A DNA stretch of 64,000 nt. It comes from an uncultured Chloroflexia bacterium. Lineage in GTDB: Bacteria > Chloroflexota > Limnocylindria > QHBO01. The notes beneath the pieces were generated by a model. It searched no databases. It was not told the DNA's origin and saw only the letters and a list, made by a program, of their open reading frames with translations. Of the stretch, positions 38,429-50,404 are shown one piece after another (positions within the stretch are counted from its first letter, which is position 1; every line of letters starts with the position of its first letter). The translations under genes and the position numbers were made by a program. Location of the stretch: the NCBI GenBank assembly GCA_963759405.1, contig CAVWZA010000019.1:1314-65313 (forward strand), given 5' to 3'.

Positions 38429-40404
38429 TCAGGTCCAGGGCACGAGACGGGCGCGCTGTGCCCGCCGCAATGCCGCGTTGTTGGGATCGGCGTACACGCC
38501 CGTGACGGCGTGGCCGAGGATGTCGTTCGAGGTGATGTCGTCGATCTGGAAGACGGTGAAGCCGATGATGTCGACGTACTGTCCGCTGCTGGTCGTGGTC
38601 GCGACGGTGAAGCGGACCAGCTGGAGGTGGGTGACCGGCTGCCCGTCGCCGTTCGTGCCCCGCGCGCGGAGGGTGAACATGTAGCAACCCTGCGCCAGCC
38701 CGGTCGTGTTGACCGTCATCGTGGACAGGGCGCCGGTGCCGGTGGTCGGGGTCACTGACGAGGCGCTGAACCCGATCGATGCCGACCCGAGCGAGGCGGC
38801 GGTCATCGAGCAGGTGGTGAAGGAGCCGGTGTCCCAGCTGAGCGACACCGCGCCGCCGTTCCAGCGCGTCGAGGATGCACTCGTCGTGTTGACGTAGATC
38901 GGCATCGAGATCGAAGCGCCCAGCGTCGTCGTCGAGCCATCGAGGATCGAATTGATCAGGCTGAAGTCGCGGGTCACCTTCACGTCGCCGGCGTCGTTGT
39001 AGTCGCCGTCGCCGTTCGCGTCCTTCTGGATCCGGACGGGCACCGCGACGCGCCGCTGCTGGTAGTACGGGTTGCCCGACTCGCCCTCGATCCAGACGGT
39101 GTAGATGCCGGGCGGGACGGTGTTCGTCTGGAAGTCGTTCATCGCGACGTCCGTGCCCCTGATGGCCGGCGTGAACACGTTCTGGGACCAGACCGGCTCG
39201 GTGATGTGGCCGACGGCCGGCGGCGTGACGGGCGGGTCGGGGATGATGTTGGTCGACGCCGGCTGTCCGGCCGCCACCGCATCGGCATCACCGGCCAGGC
39301 TGAGCGTGACCGTGCTGAGGAACTCCTTGTTGCGCGAGACCTTCACGTTCGGGCCGTCGTAGGGAGTCGTCGTCGTGGCCGGCAGTGCGATCTCGACCGG
39401 TGGGCTCAGGGCGAAGTCGGGGATCTCCATCACGGTGCCGTCGTAGACGCCGAGCATGAGCCGATCGCCGACCTTGAACTTGTCGTCGAACTGGTGGACG
39501 ACGAACGAGGTGCTGTTGCCGGACAGGACGGCGACCTGGGTGCTCCCGTTCGGCGGCGTGCTGACCGGCGGGAAGGCGGGGCCCTTGTAGCCGGTGATGA
39601 GGTAGGCGCCCTCGATGATCCTTCAGCGTGTTCGGGCTGATCCCGGCCGTGACGCCGTTGTAGTAGACCCGCGTCGCGAGACCCTCGAAGTTCCGGACGT
39701 CGAGCGCGACGAATCCGCGGAAGCTCGCGTCGTTGCTCGCCTTGCTCTCGTTGCCGTAGATCGAGAACTGCGGCCCGGGCGCCGCCTCGCTGGCCGGGGT
39801 GCGGACGCCGTAGCCGCGCGGATCGACGTTGTCGACCTGGCCCGACCCGCTGGTCGCGATGGTCGCGACATGGTCGACGAACCCGCTGCCGGGTCCCGGC
39901 GGGTTGGCGTACCGTCGCGCCACGATCGGGACGGCAGGGCCGCCCTGCAGGCTGCAGGCCGCACGAGCGCCGGTGTCGAGCGTGTCAACGCCGACGACGC
40001 GGGCGAGTGTCGTGTCAACGGTCGACGAGATGGCGACCCGCACGCTCGTGCTCGCCACCACGATGCCGCTCGTCAGCTCATCGGCGTCGATCGAGCCGCT
40101 CCCGTCCTCGTCGGCATAGGTGGCCGGACTGGCGATCGGTCGCCGCCGCGCCGGCGGGCGACCCCTGGAGGTTGGCCGCCACGACCTCCGACGCCGCCTG
40201 GGCCGCGGCCGCGTCGGTGTCGCCGGCGATCAGGGCGCGGCAGGCGGCCAGTGCGCCGGCATCCGCCGCCGTCTGCACGTGCCGGCGCTCGGCGACCTGG
40301 CGCCCGATGTCGATGGTGAAGGCGGCGAAGGCGAGGAGGATCGTGATCAGGACGGCGAAGAGCACGAGGACCTGCCCGCGCTCATCGGTCCGTCCGCCGA
40401 TCAA
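38429..40404 (-). CDS. large TadG-like pseudopilin-related protein (about 658 aa); two frame breaks
   Basis: TTG 40404 overlaps the tadE stop. Tad N-terminal signature ERGQVLVLFAVLITILLAFAAFTIDIGRQVAERRHVQTAADAGALAA. It continues through ORFs 39288..40061 and 38429..39457. Breaks at ~40134-40142 and 39617. The C-terminal ~450 aa are Thr/Ser/Gly-rich with no recognised domain. Confidence 0.65.
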
Positions 40405-41027
40405 TTGATCACCATGGTCGCGGTCGCGTGCTGGACGAACCGTCCGCCGGCATCGGTCGAGAGGATGTCGCCGATGAACGGCACGATGATGTTCGAGCGA
40501 TAGGTGAGCCGAACCTGCACGAGGCACTCGGCGGGATCGGTGGTGGTGCAATACGTCCCGGTCGTCGGGCACGGCGCCGTGGCCGACGCCATCGAGGAGC
40601 AGATCGTCATCGTCATGTCGCCGGTGATCCATCGGTCGTGGAGACCGTCACCGTTGAGATCGGATGCCGATCCGGCCGGGCACGGGGAGGTGGCGCTGAA
40701 GTTCGGCGGGGCGGCGTTCATGATCCCGAATGACTGGCGGGCCGCATTGAGTGCGGCCGTGCAGCGCGACAGATCATTTGCGGCGCGGGTCACGGTGAGG
40801 TCGACCGACTCGATGGTCGCCGCCCGGGCCGCCTCGCGCGCCGCGTTGGTGAGCGTGACGTTCGCGCCGAAGAGGAGCCCGAACTGGATGATCCCGACGA
40901 CGATCAGGAGGACCGGGAGCAGGACCGCCGCGAACTCGACCATCGCCTGCCCACGTTCGCGCGGACGCGGCTCACCGGCCGGCACTGCCGGCGTCGGCGC
41001 AGAGGGTGGCATGTGGTCGGGCTTCAT
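40401..41027 (-). CDS. tadE: TadE-like pseudopilin protein
   Basis: ..ERGQAMVEFAAVLLPVLLIVVGIIQFGLLF.. is the TadE-like N-terminal signature. Confidence 0.75.
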   Translation of the reverse strand: MKPDHMPPSAPTPAVPAGEPRPRERGQAMVEFAAVLLPVLLIVVGIIQFGLLFGANVTLTNAAREAARAATIESVDLTVTRAANDLSRCTAALNAARQSFGIMNAAPPNFSATSPCPAGSASDLNGDGLHDRWITGDMTMTICSSMASATAPCPTTGTYCTTTDPAECLVQVRLTYRSNIIVPFIGDILSTDAGGRFVQHATATMVIN

Positions 41028-41146
41028 CGGGGCACGCGCGGCTCATATCGGGTTCAGACGGGGGATCCACCACGATCGTATGAACGTGCGCCTGGTACCG
41101 ATATAGGTCGTTGGGGGCGGTTCGCATGGGACCGATGGGAGCCCGC

Positions 41147-41152
41147 TAGAAT
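41147..41152 (+). promoter_or_regulatory. -10-like box TAGAAT upstream of uvrB
   Basis: cgcTAGAATCGGttgcccATG: 3 nt before TTG 41156 and 9 nt before ATG 41162. Confidence 0.4.
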
Positions 41153-41155
41153 CGG

Positions 41156-43362
<2,207 letters not shown>

Positions 43363-43363
<1 letters not shown>

Positions 43364-43974
43364 TGGCCGGCACGATGCCGCACGCGATCTTCGTCGAGAC
43401 CGACGTCGATGGACGCGGCCTGGTCGGCGCCTACGCGGCGGAGCTGCCCGGCTGCGCTGTGTTCGCCGCAACCGACGAGGAAGCCAGCGGCGCCATGCCG
43501 CGACGCGTGAGCGCGTTCACGACCTGGCTGCGGGCCAACGGGGAGGCACAGGCCGACTTCGTCGGCGACAACTGGTACGAGGTGGAGCGCGCAGCGGCCG
43601 GCGACGGCGGGCATCGGCGTGCCGCCTTCACGCTTGACGAGCTGCCGCCGAGCGACGCGGAGTTCGCCGCGTGGATGCGCTGGCTGGAGCTCGCCCGCGA
43701 GGAGCTCGCCGAGGCGCTCGACGCCCGCGACCCTTCCACGGCGGCGGAGCTGCTCGATGCCATCGAGCGCCAGGACGTCGCGTTCGTGCGCGAGCTCGGC
43801 GGTGGCGCTCCCGAGCTCTCGACCGATCCGGTGGACCGCCTGTACGCGGCGCGCGAGGCGCTCACCGATGCGCTCGCGGCAGCCGGGCCGTCCCACGATG
43901 GCGTGCGGCGCATGCTGCGCCTCGCGATTGCCGACGATCTCCGGGCGGCCGAGGCGCTCCGCCTGCCCGCGTGA
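43363..43974 (+). CDS. HicB-like N-terminal fold fused to a DinB-like domain protein
   Basis: The start shares 1 nt with the uvrB stop (TGATG). ..AYAAELPGCAVFAATDEEA.. is HicB/UPF0150-like. The helical C-terminal half follows. Architecture paralogue of 30250..30918. Confidence 0.55.
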
Positions 43975-44639
43975 TCGACCTCGCGACCGTATCGCCGAAA
44001 CGGCTCCGTCACGCCGGCGAATGGCCGACCCCGAAGCCACGCCGCGCGCCGGCCGGCAGCGAGCTGCGAGCGCTCCAGGACGCCATGCCATCCTGCGACG
44101 ACGGCGCCGCTCCCGTGCTGTCCGGCGACGGAACCGAACGCGCGCTGCTCATCGGCCAGGCTCCCGGGTGGCGCGAGATCGAGACCGGACTGCCGTTCGC
44201 GTGGGACGCCGGCAAGCGGCTCTCCGGGTGGCTCTCCGCGGCGGGCATCTCGATCGACGACTTCCGTGAGCGCTGGTACGCGACCAGCATCGGGAAGTGC
44301 TACCCCGGGCGTGCCCCGGGCTCGTCGGTCGACCGTCCGCCGTCGCGGGCCGACATCGCGCGCTGGACGCCATTCCTGCTCGACGAGGTGCGCCTGGTCG
44401 GCCCCGAGATCGTGCTCCTGGTCGGCGGCACGGCCCATCGCTTTGCCTTCGGCGAGAAGGCCAAGCTCGATGACCTCGTCGGCAGCGAGCTCACCTGGGA
44501 GTCGGCCCCCGGCGCATCGGTCATCTGCCTGCCGCATCCGTCCGGGGCATCCACCTGGCTCAACGACCCGGCTCGCGTCGAGCTCTGGCGGCGGGGCATC
44601 GGGCTCCTGCGAGACCGATGGGCGGCCATCACGGCATGA
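43971..44639 (+). CDS. uracil-DNA glycosylase superfamily protein
   Basis: GTGA overlap upstream. Motifs ..LLIGQAPGWRE.. and ..CLPHPSGAS... Confidence 0.75.
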   Translation: MIDLATVSPKRLRHAGEWPTPKPRRAPAGSELRALQDAMPSCDDGAAPVLSGDGTERALLIGQAPGWREIETGLPFAWDAGKRLSGWLSAAGISIDDFRERWYATSIGKCYPGRAPGSSVDRPPSRADIARWTPFLLDEVRLVGPEIVLLVGGTAHRFAFGEKAKLDDLVGSELTWESAPGASVICLPHPSGASTWLNDPARVELWRRGIGLLRDRWAAITA

Positions 44640-45163
44640 CGCGCGAGCTCCGCATCGGCGTGGCGATCGTGGCCGCGCTTGGCGCACTGGTCTTCGGCCT
44701 GCTCGTGCTCGGGTCGCTGGGTGGCGTGCGACCCGAGGTCGACCCGCTCACCGTCACGGAGGCGCTGGCCGGCGGTGACCCCGTGGACGAGTGGGGGAGC
44801 GACGAGCTGCACGTCAGCGGCTGGTACGCCGAGCTGGATGCCGATTGCACGGGTGACGATGGCGGCGCCGATGCCTCCGTCGCCTGGCTGCAGCGGGACT
44901 GCCCTCTTCGCGTCCTCGTCCCCGAGCAGCCCGCCGACGATGTCACCCAGGAGGAGCTGCTGCGGACGGGGCTGCGCCTCGCGGCGCCGCTCGGCAGCGC
45001 GTTTCCATCGCGGGCCGAGCCGACCGGTCCGAACCTGCGCGGCCAGCAGCTCGTCTTCGTCGGCCACTTCGCGGACGACGCCGCCGCCTCCTGCGTGCCC
45101 GAGCGCGTCGAACGCTGCCAGGCCACGTTCGTGGTCACCGATTACGACGAGCTCGTGCGCTAG
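44636..45163 (+). CDS. hypothetical exported/membrane-anchored protein
   Basis: ATGA overlap upstream. N-terminal TM IGVAIVAALGALVFGLLVLG. Cys-containing extracytoplasmic domain. Confidence 0.55.
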   Translation: MTRELRIGVAIVAALGALVFGLLVLGSLGGVRPEVDPLTVTEALAGGDPVDEWGSDELHVSGWYAELDADCTGDDGGADASVAWLQRDCPLRVLVPEQPADDVTQEELLRTGLRLAAPLGSAFPSRAEPTGPNLRGQQLVFVGHFADDAAASCVPERVERCQATFVVTDYDELVR

Positions 45164-46026
45164 CTGCCGGTCACCATGTCGAGCAGTCCGGACTGGCGGG
45201 CGCGCTTCATGAACCAGGCGAAGGCCGCGAGCCCGATGGGGACCGCCACGGCGGTCGAGACGGCCAGGAAGAGCATCACCGTTCCGTCGGAGAGGGTCCC
45301 GATGGTGCCCGGTGAGCCGTGGCCGAGGAGCCCTCGCCGCGACGCCTCGAGCCACCAGGTGGTGGGCATCGCATAGGCGATCGGATGCAGGAAGCTCGGG
45401 AGGATGTCGATCGGAAAGATGGCTCCCGAGATGAGGTAGAAGGCACCCGCGATCGCCTCGGGGTAATGCCACGCCTCCTGGCGGAGCTGGAGGCACCAAC
45501 CTGCCATGAAGATGCCCATGGCGATCACCGCCAGCACGCCGAGGATGGTGGCCGGGACGAGGTAGAGCAGGTTCAGGCGCAGCTCGACGCCCAGGAACGC
45601 GACGCCGACGAACAGGGTCAGCACAACCGCCACGAACGAGACGACCACCCGGGCGAGCGAGCGCCCGAGGAGGAACGGGAACAGCGAGGACGGCGTGACC
45701 ACGACGTACTTGAGCATCCGGTACCGCTCCCGGTCCTCGAGGATCGACTGCACCATCCCGCCCATCACGCCGAACACGACGTTCCACAGCGCGCTGCCGA
45801 CGATCAGGAACTGGAGGAACTCGGTGCCCTGGCCGCCGGTGATGACCTGGAACATGACGACCAGGATCAGCGCCGCCGCGAGCGGCTTCGCGATCGTATA
45901 GACGGCAAACAGGAACGGGTCGGACCAGTTGGCCTCGACCGCCCAGCCGAGGCCGACGGCGGTGCGGAAGCTCCGCCAGGCGTCGGCCAGCGTGACCCCG
46001 CGGACCGAGGCGACGTTGCCGATCAC
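45160..46026 (-). CDS. ABC-2 type transporter permease
   Basis: Six hydrophobic helices. GTGA overlap with the upstream permease stop (V88 of ORF 45160..46287). Confidence 0.8.
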   Translation of the reverse strand: MIGNVASVRGVTLADAWRSFRTAVGLGWAVEANWSDPFLFAVYTIAKPLAAALILVVMFQVITGGQGTEFLQFLIVGSALWNVVFGVMGGMVQSILEDRERYRMLKYVVVTPSSLFPFLLGRSLARVVVSFVAVVLTLFVGVAFLGVELRLNLLYLVPATILGVLAVIAMGIFMAGWCLQLRQEAWHYPEAIAGAFYLISGAIFPIDILPSFLHPIAYAMPTTWWLEASRRGLLGHGSPGTIGTLSDGTVMLFLAVSTAVAVPIGLAAFAWFMKRARQSGLLDMVTGS

Positions 46027-46900
46027 TGCCACTTGAGTGTCAGGCGCCCTTCGCGCCGGGCGAGGTGCTCGAGGTGGCGGAGCGCGATCCGAGCCCCCAC
46101 CAGGAAGATGACGCCCATGCCGGCCAGGATCGCGACCTCGACCCCCACCGGCAGCACCCCTCGACGTCGCTGTCGGCGAAGGCGAGCTGCCGCATCGCGT
46201 CGAGGCCGACCGCCAGCGGAAGGGTCGCCATCGCCAGCCCGACCACCGCGCCGGGCAGCGCGCCGAGCGGGAAGTTGACTCCGCCAAGGAAGTAGATCGG
46301 CTCCTGCATCAGCTCGGCAAGGTGATTTGCCTCGCGCCCCCACATCAGGAAGAGGCTCGCGAACAGCATCCCCATGCCGTACAGCGGAATCATGGTCAGC
46401 GCGAAGACGCCGACCAGCAGCCATGGCTGCGGGATGTTGTAGGTGACGCCGTAGATCAATGACCCGATGCCGATGACGGCAATGGCGCGCGAGCTCGTCA
46501 TGACGAGCCCGCCGATCGCCATCCCGGCCAGGATGCTCATGAGGTGCATCGGCGCCGTGAAGTACAGCTCCAGGTTGCCCTGGTCCTTCTCCCAGTAGAA
46601 CTGCGCCGCCATCATCCACACGACGTTGAGCCAGAACGCGGTCATGGCACCGCCGAGGACCACGAAGCCGATGAACTCCTCGGGTGCCTCGAGGGCGCGG
46701 TACACGTAGACGAAGGCGCTCACCGCCAGGAACGGCAGCGCGATCTCGAAGAAGATCCACGACGGCTCGCGGGTCAACCCGATGACGCGCGGGTAGGCGC
46801 GGCCGATCACGGCGCGGAGGTTCGAGCGGACGATCCGCCCGGTCGACCACTCGGCCGCCTCCCGGGCATTGGTCGCGGCGGCGCCGCGGTAGGCGCTCAC
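46023..46900 (-). CDS. ABC-2 type transporter permease; one frame break
   Basis: GTG 46900 overlaps the ATPase stop. The body comes from ORF 46040..47440 and the tail from ORF 46023..46991 (..ADSDVEG/VLPVGVEVAILAG..). The break is a missing base in the C run at 46157-46160. Confidence 0.75.
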
Positions 46901-47922
46901 GACGTCGCCTCTTCGGTTCCGTCCTCGTCGCCGAAGCCGCGCCCAACGAGCTCGACGAAGACGTCCTCGAGGCTCGGCTCCGACTTGGCAAGACCGACGA
47001 GGTGCGACCCGCGCTCGGCGACCGCGGTGACGACGCTGGTCAGTGCCGAGTCGTCGGCCAGGGCGACCTTGAGCGCCACGCGGTCCGACGCGGCTCCGTC
47101 GGCCAGCTCCTCGTCGGCGCGTACCGCCGAGAGCACGCCCGGCAGCTCGCCGATGCCGGCGATGCCACCGTTGCGCGGCAGCTGGTCCAGCTCGAGCCGG
47201 AAGATCGATTCGGCCTGCACGCGGCGGCGCAGCTCCTCCGGTGTGCCGAGCGCCAGGATCTTGCCGCGATCCACGATGGCGATCCGGTCGCAGAGCTGCT
47301 CTGCCTCGACCATGTAGTGGGTCGTGAGCAGCAGCGTGCGGCCGGGTGCCGCGGCCTTCCAGGAAAGCGTGTGCTCCCGCAGGTCGCGGGCGGCCGCGAC
47401 GTCGAGGCCGAGTGTTGGCTCGTCGAGGAAGAGGACCCACGGGTCGTTCAGGAGGCCGCGCGCGAAATTGAGCTTCTGGCGCTGCCCGGTGGAGAGTGAA
47501 CGGATCTTCTGCTGCCGCTGCTCGGTCAGGCCGGTGATCTCGATCAGCTCATCGGTCCGCCGCCAGCCCTCACGCGTGGGAAGGCCGTAGAACTGGCTGA
47601 ACATCCAGAGCTGCTCGCGAACGGTGAGCAGGCCGTAGCCCGACTGCTCGCCGCCGCTCACCATGTTGATGACGCGCCGGATCTTCGCGGTCTCGGTGAC
47701 GACGTCGAACCCGGCGACCCGGGCAGTCCCGCTGGTCGGCAGGAGGAGCGTCGTCAGGATCTTGATCAGCGTCGTCTTGCCGGCGCCGTTCGGACCGAGC
47801 AGGCCGAAGTACTCGCCCGGCTGGACATCGAGGTCGACGCCGCCGAGGGCGGTCACTGGATCGGGCTTGGCCTTGTACACGCGGGTCACCCCGCGGGCGT
47901 GAATGGCGAGTTCGTCAGGCAT
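46897..47922 (-). CDS. ABC transporter ATP-binding protein (ABC-2 / daunorubicin-resistance type)
   Basis: GPNGAGKTT, LSTGQRQK, LFLDEPTLGLD. Start placed at ATG 47922 (M26 of the ORF). Confidence 0.9.
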   Translation of the reverse strand: MPDELAIHARGVTRVYKAKPDPVTALGGVDLDVQPGEYFGLLGPNGAGKTTLIKILTTLLLPTSGTARVAGFDVVTETAKIRRVINMVSGGEQSGYGLLTVREQLWMFSQFYGLPTREGWRRTDELIEITGLTEQRQQKIRSLSTGQRQKLNFARGLLNDPWVLFLDEPTLGLDVAAARDLREHTLSWKAAAPGRTLLLTTHYMVEAEQLCDRIAIVDRGKILALGTPEELRRRVQAESIFRLELDQLPRNGGIAGIGELPGVLSAVRADEELADGAASDRVALKVALADDSALTSVVTAVAERGSHLVGLAKSEPSLEDVFVELVGRGFGDEDGTEEATS

Positions 47923-48012
47923 GGAAAGGCAGCACCGGAGAGGGGATGGGCGGGAGTCGGATGGTAGCACCGCCGCCGAGCGGCGGGCATCCGTCATTCG
48001 TCGCGTGCTACC

Positions 48013-48267
48013 TCAGGAGACGCCGGTCTCCCCGTCGCATTCACCCGGTCGGTGCTCACAGTCCGCCGAGAGCAGGCCCGCGCCCGACAGCATGAGAATG
48101 GCTTCGCGGATCTCCATCTCGCTGCCGGCGGTCGGCACGGTCTCGAGCGCGTGCTCAACCCGGGCGGCCAGGGTCGCGCTCAGCGACTCGGTGGCGCCGA
48201 AGGTGCGCCACTGGCCGTCGCCATCCCAGATGACGATGCCGTATCCCTTGACCGCGATCGAGAACAT
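48013..48267 (-). CDS. hypothetical small protein (weak call)
   Basis: MFSIAVKGYGIVIWDGDGQWRTFG... The frame stays open upstream to ~48372. The GGAGAC-GCCG-GTCTCC hairpin overlaps its stop. Confidence 0.3.
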   Translation of the reverse strand: MFSIAVKGYGIVIWDGDGQWRTFGATESLSATLAARVEHALETVPTAGSEMEIREAILMLSGAGLLSADCEHRPGECDGETGVS

Positions 48268-48394
48268 CTGCCTGTTGCCCCACAAGTACTGCTCGGGTAC
48301 CGGTACCCAGCATCGCGCCACGCGGGCCGAATGCCAACTGCGCAGGTCCGACCTCAAGGGCACCCAACCGACCAATCTGCGCGCGCCCAATGGC

Positions 48395-50261
48395 CTACTG
48401 CCCGGTCGTGAGGCCGAAGTCGTACGGGAACTGTGGCTCGCCCGCGCCCGCGCCAAGAGGGAGCTGCTCCACCGAGCCGGGCCAGGTGTAGGGGAGCCGC
48501 CCGACGAACGGTGCGTCGCCGAACAGGACGTCGGCCACTCCCGCGCCTTCGCTGCCCGGCAGCCAGGCCACGACGACGGCGTCCGCCAGCTCGAGCGCAT
48601 CGCCGAGGATCAGTGGCCGGCCGGTCACGAGCACCACGACGAGCCGATCGGCGCGATCGCGGACAAGGCGGATCGTTTCGAGGTCGGCGTCCGAGAGCAT
48701 CGGCTCAGCGTTGTCTCCGACCCCCTCCGCATAGGGTTCCTCCCCGACGACGACGATCCCGACGTCCGCCGGTTCGGTCCCGGCATCGTCGAACGCACCG
48801 GTGCGGTCGTAGGCAACCGATGCGGATCCGGCTCCTGCCTGGATGCCTTCCAGGATGGTCGTGCCATCGGTCGTCGGGCCCGACGCTCCCTGCCAGGTGA
48901 TCGTCCAGCCGCCGCACTGGATGCCGATGTCGTCGGCGGCGCGACCCGCCACCAGGATCCGATCGGCGCCGTCTGCGATCGGCAAGGCTCCATCGTTCTT
49001 CAGCAGCACGGCCGAGGCGGCGACCGCGCGCCGCGCAAGCTGGCGGTGGTCGTCGGAGCCGACCTCAGGCAAGCAGGCCGCGCTCGGCGAGCGGGTGCTC
49101 GAACAGGCCGAGCTCGAACTTGACGCGAAGGATTCGGCCGACCGCGTCGTCGATCCGCTCAACGGTCACGTCGCCGGCCTCCACCGCCGCCGTCAGGTCG
49201 GCGATGAATGCTTCGTAGTCGTAGGGCACCATGACCATGTCGATCCCGGCGTTCACGCCCGTGACGACGTTGGCGTATCGGTCCTGCGAGACCTGGTCGA
49301 TGCCGCCCCAGTCGGAGACCACGAAGCCGTCGAACCCGAGCTCATCCTTCAGGACGTCGGTGATCAGGTACTCCTGCGCATGCATGCGCAGGCCGCCCCA
49401 GCTGGAGTAGGACACCATGATGCTTCGGGCGCCGGCCTCGATCGCCGCCTCATACGGCGGCAGGTGGACGGCGCGCAGGGTCTCCTCGTCGACCTCGGTG
49501 ACTCCCTGGTCGATGAGGTAGTCGTTGGTCGTGGCGCTGCCCCACGTCGTTCCGCCGTCGCCGACGAAGTGCTTCGGCGTGGCAAGCACGGACGTTGGGT
49601 CCGCAAGCTCCGCTCCCTGGAGGCCGCGGACGGAGGCCGCACCGAGCTCGGAGACAAGCTCGGTCTGCTCGCCGTAGCTCTCGTACGTCCGTCCCCAGCG
49701 GATGTCCTGGGGCACGGCCACGACGGGCGCGTAGTTCCACCGCACGCCGGTTGCCGCCATCTCGCTGGCCGTGACGCCCCCGATCTCCTCGACCAGCTCG
49801 GGATCGCGCGTCGCACCCAGGCCGACCTGCTGCGGGAAGATGACCGCGCCGCGGACGTTGCCGTGGCCGTGGACGCCATCGGCCCCGTAGAGGATCGGGA
49901 TCCCGAGGCGGGTCCCGAGCGCCGCCTCCTGGAACCCGTCCACCATGTCGGCCCAGCCCTCGGGGGTGTTCGTCGCCGGCGTCCCGCCTCCACCACTGAG
50001 CACGCCACCGATGAAGCGGTCCGCAACCGCACCGGCGTCGATGCTGTTCTTCTCGACCAGCGTCATCTGCCCGATCTTCTCGGCGAGGGTCATGCGTGCC
50101 AGCAGGTCGGCGGCGCGCGCCTCGGGATCGGCGGACGGATCCAGGTAGGCGGCGGCGCTGGGCTCGGGCGATGGCTCGACCTCGCCGCCGCACGCCGTCA
50201 GGGCGAGGAGGATCACGAGGCTCAGCCTGGAGTTGCGCGCGGAAGGTCGTCTGGACAGCAC
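48395..50261 (-). CDS. glycoside hydrolase family 3 beta-glucosidase lipoprotein; one frame break
   Basis: Lipobox LLALTAC, ..KHFVGDGGT.., nucleophile region FVVSDWGG. The C-terminal domain comes from ORF 48395..49162 (..AVLLKNDGALP..). An extra base at 49070 creates a false stop. GTG start behind AAGGAG. Confidence 0.85.
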
Positions 50262-50270
50262 GTGGCTCCT

Positions 50271-50284
50271 TGATAGCGCTCTCT
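50271..50284. promoter_or_regulatory. CebR/CelR-type operator (12 of 14 palindromic), overlapping the GH3 leader and RBS
   Basis: TGATAGCGCTCTCT. On the minus strand the order is TATGCT(-10)-ttc-AGAGAGCGCTATCA-AGGAG-ccac-GTG. Confidence 0.6.
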
Positions 50285-50287
50285 GAA

Positions 50288-50293
50288 AGCATA
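50288..50293 (-). promoter_or_regulatory. -10-like box TATGCT for the GH3 gene
   Basis: The minus strand reads ccggcTATGCTttc, immediately upstream of the operator at 50271..50284. Confidence 0.4.
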
Positions 50294-50351
50294 GCCGGAA
50301 GGAGCCGCTGGATTGCCGCGAGCGAGCGCGATCGCGCTTGACAGAGGCCCG

Positions 50352-50357
50352 TAGACT
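50352..50357 (+). promoter_or_regulatory. -10-like box TAGACT for the LacI-type regulator gene
   Basis: ccgTAGACTtcacc, 14 nt upstream of the perfect operator at 50371..50384. Confidence 0.4.
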
Positions 50358-50370
50358 TCACCAATGGTCC

Positions 50371-50384
50371 TGAGAGCGCTCTCA
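50371..50384. promoter_or_regulatory. CebR/CelR-type operator (perfect 14-bp palindrome)
   Basis: TGAGAGCGCTCTCA; compare the actinobacterial CelR/CebR box TGGGAGCGCTCCCA. It lies 21 nt upstream of the regulator ATG. Confidence 0.7.
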
Positions 50385-50404
50385 CACGCGGAGCTTCGAT
50401 CCTG

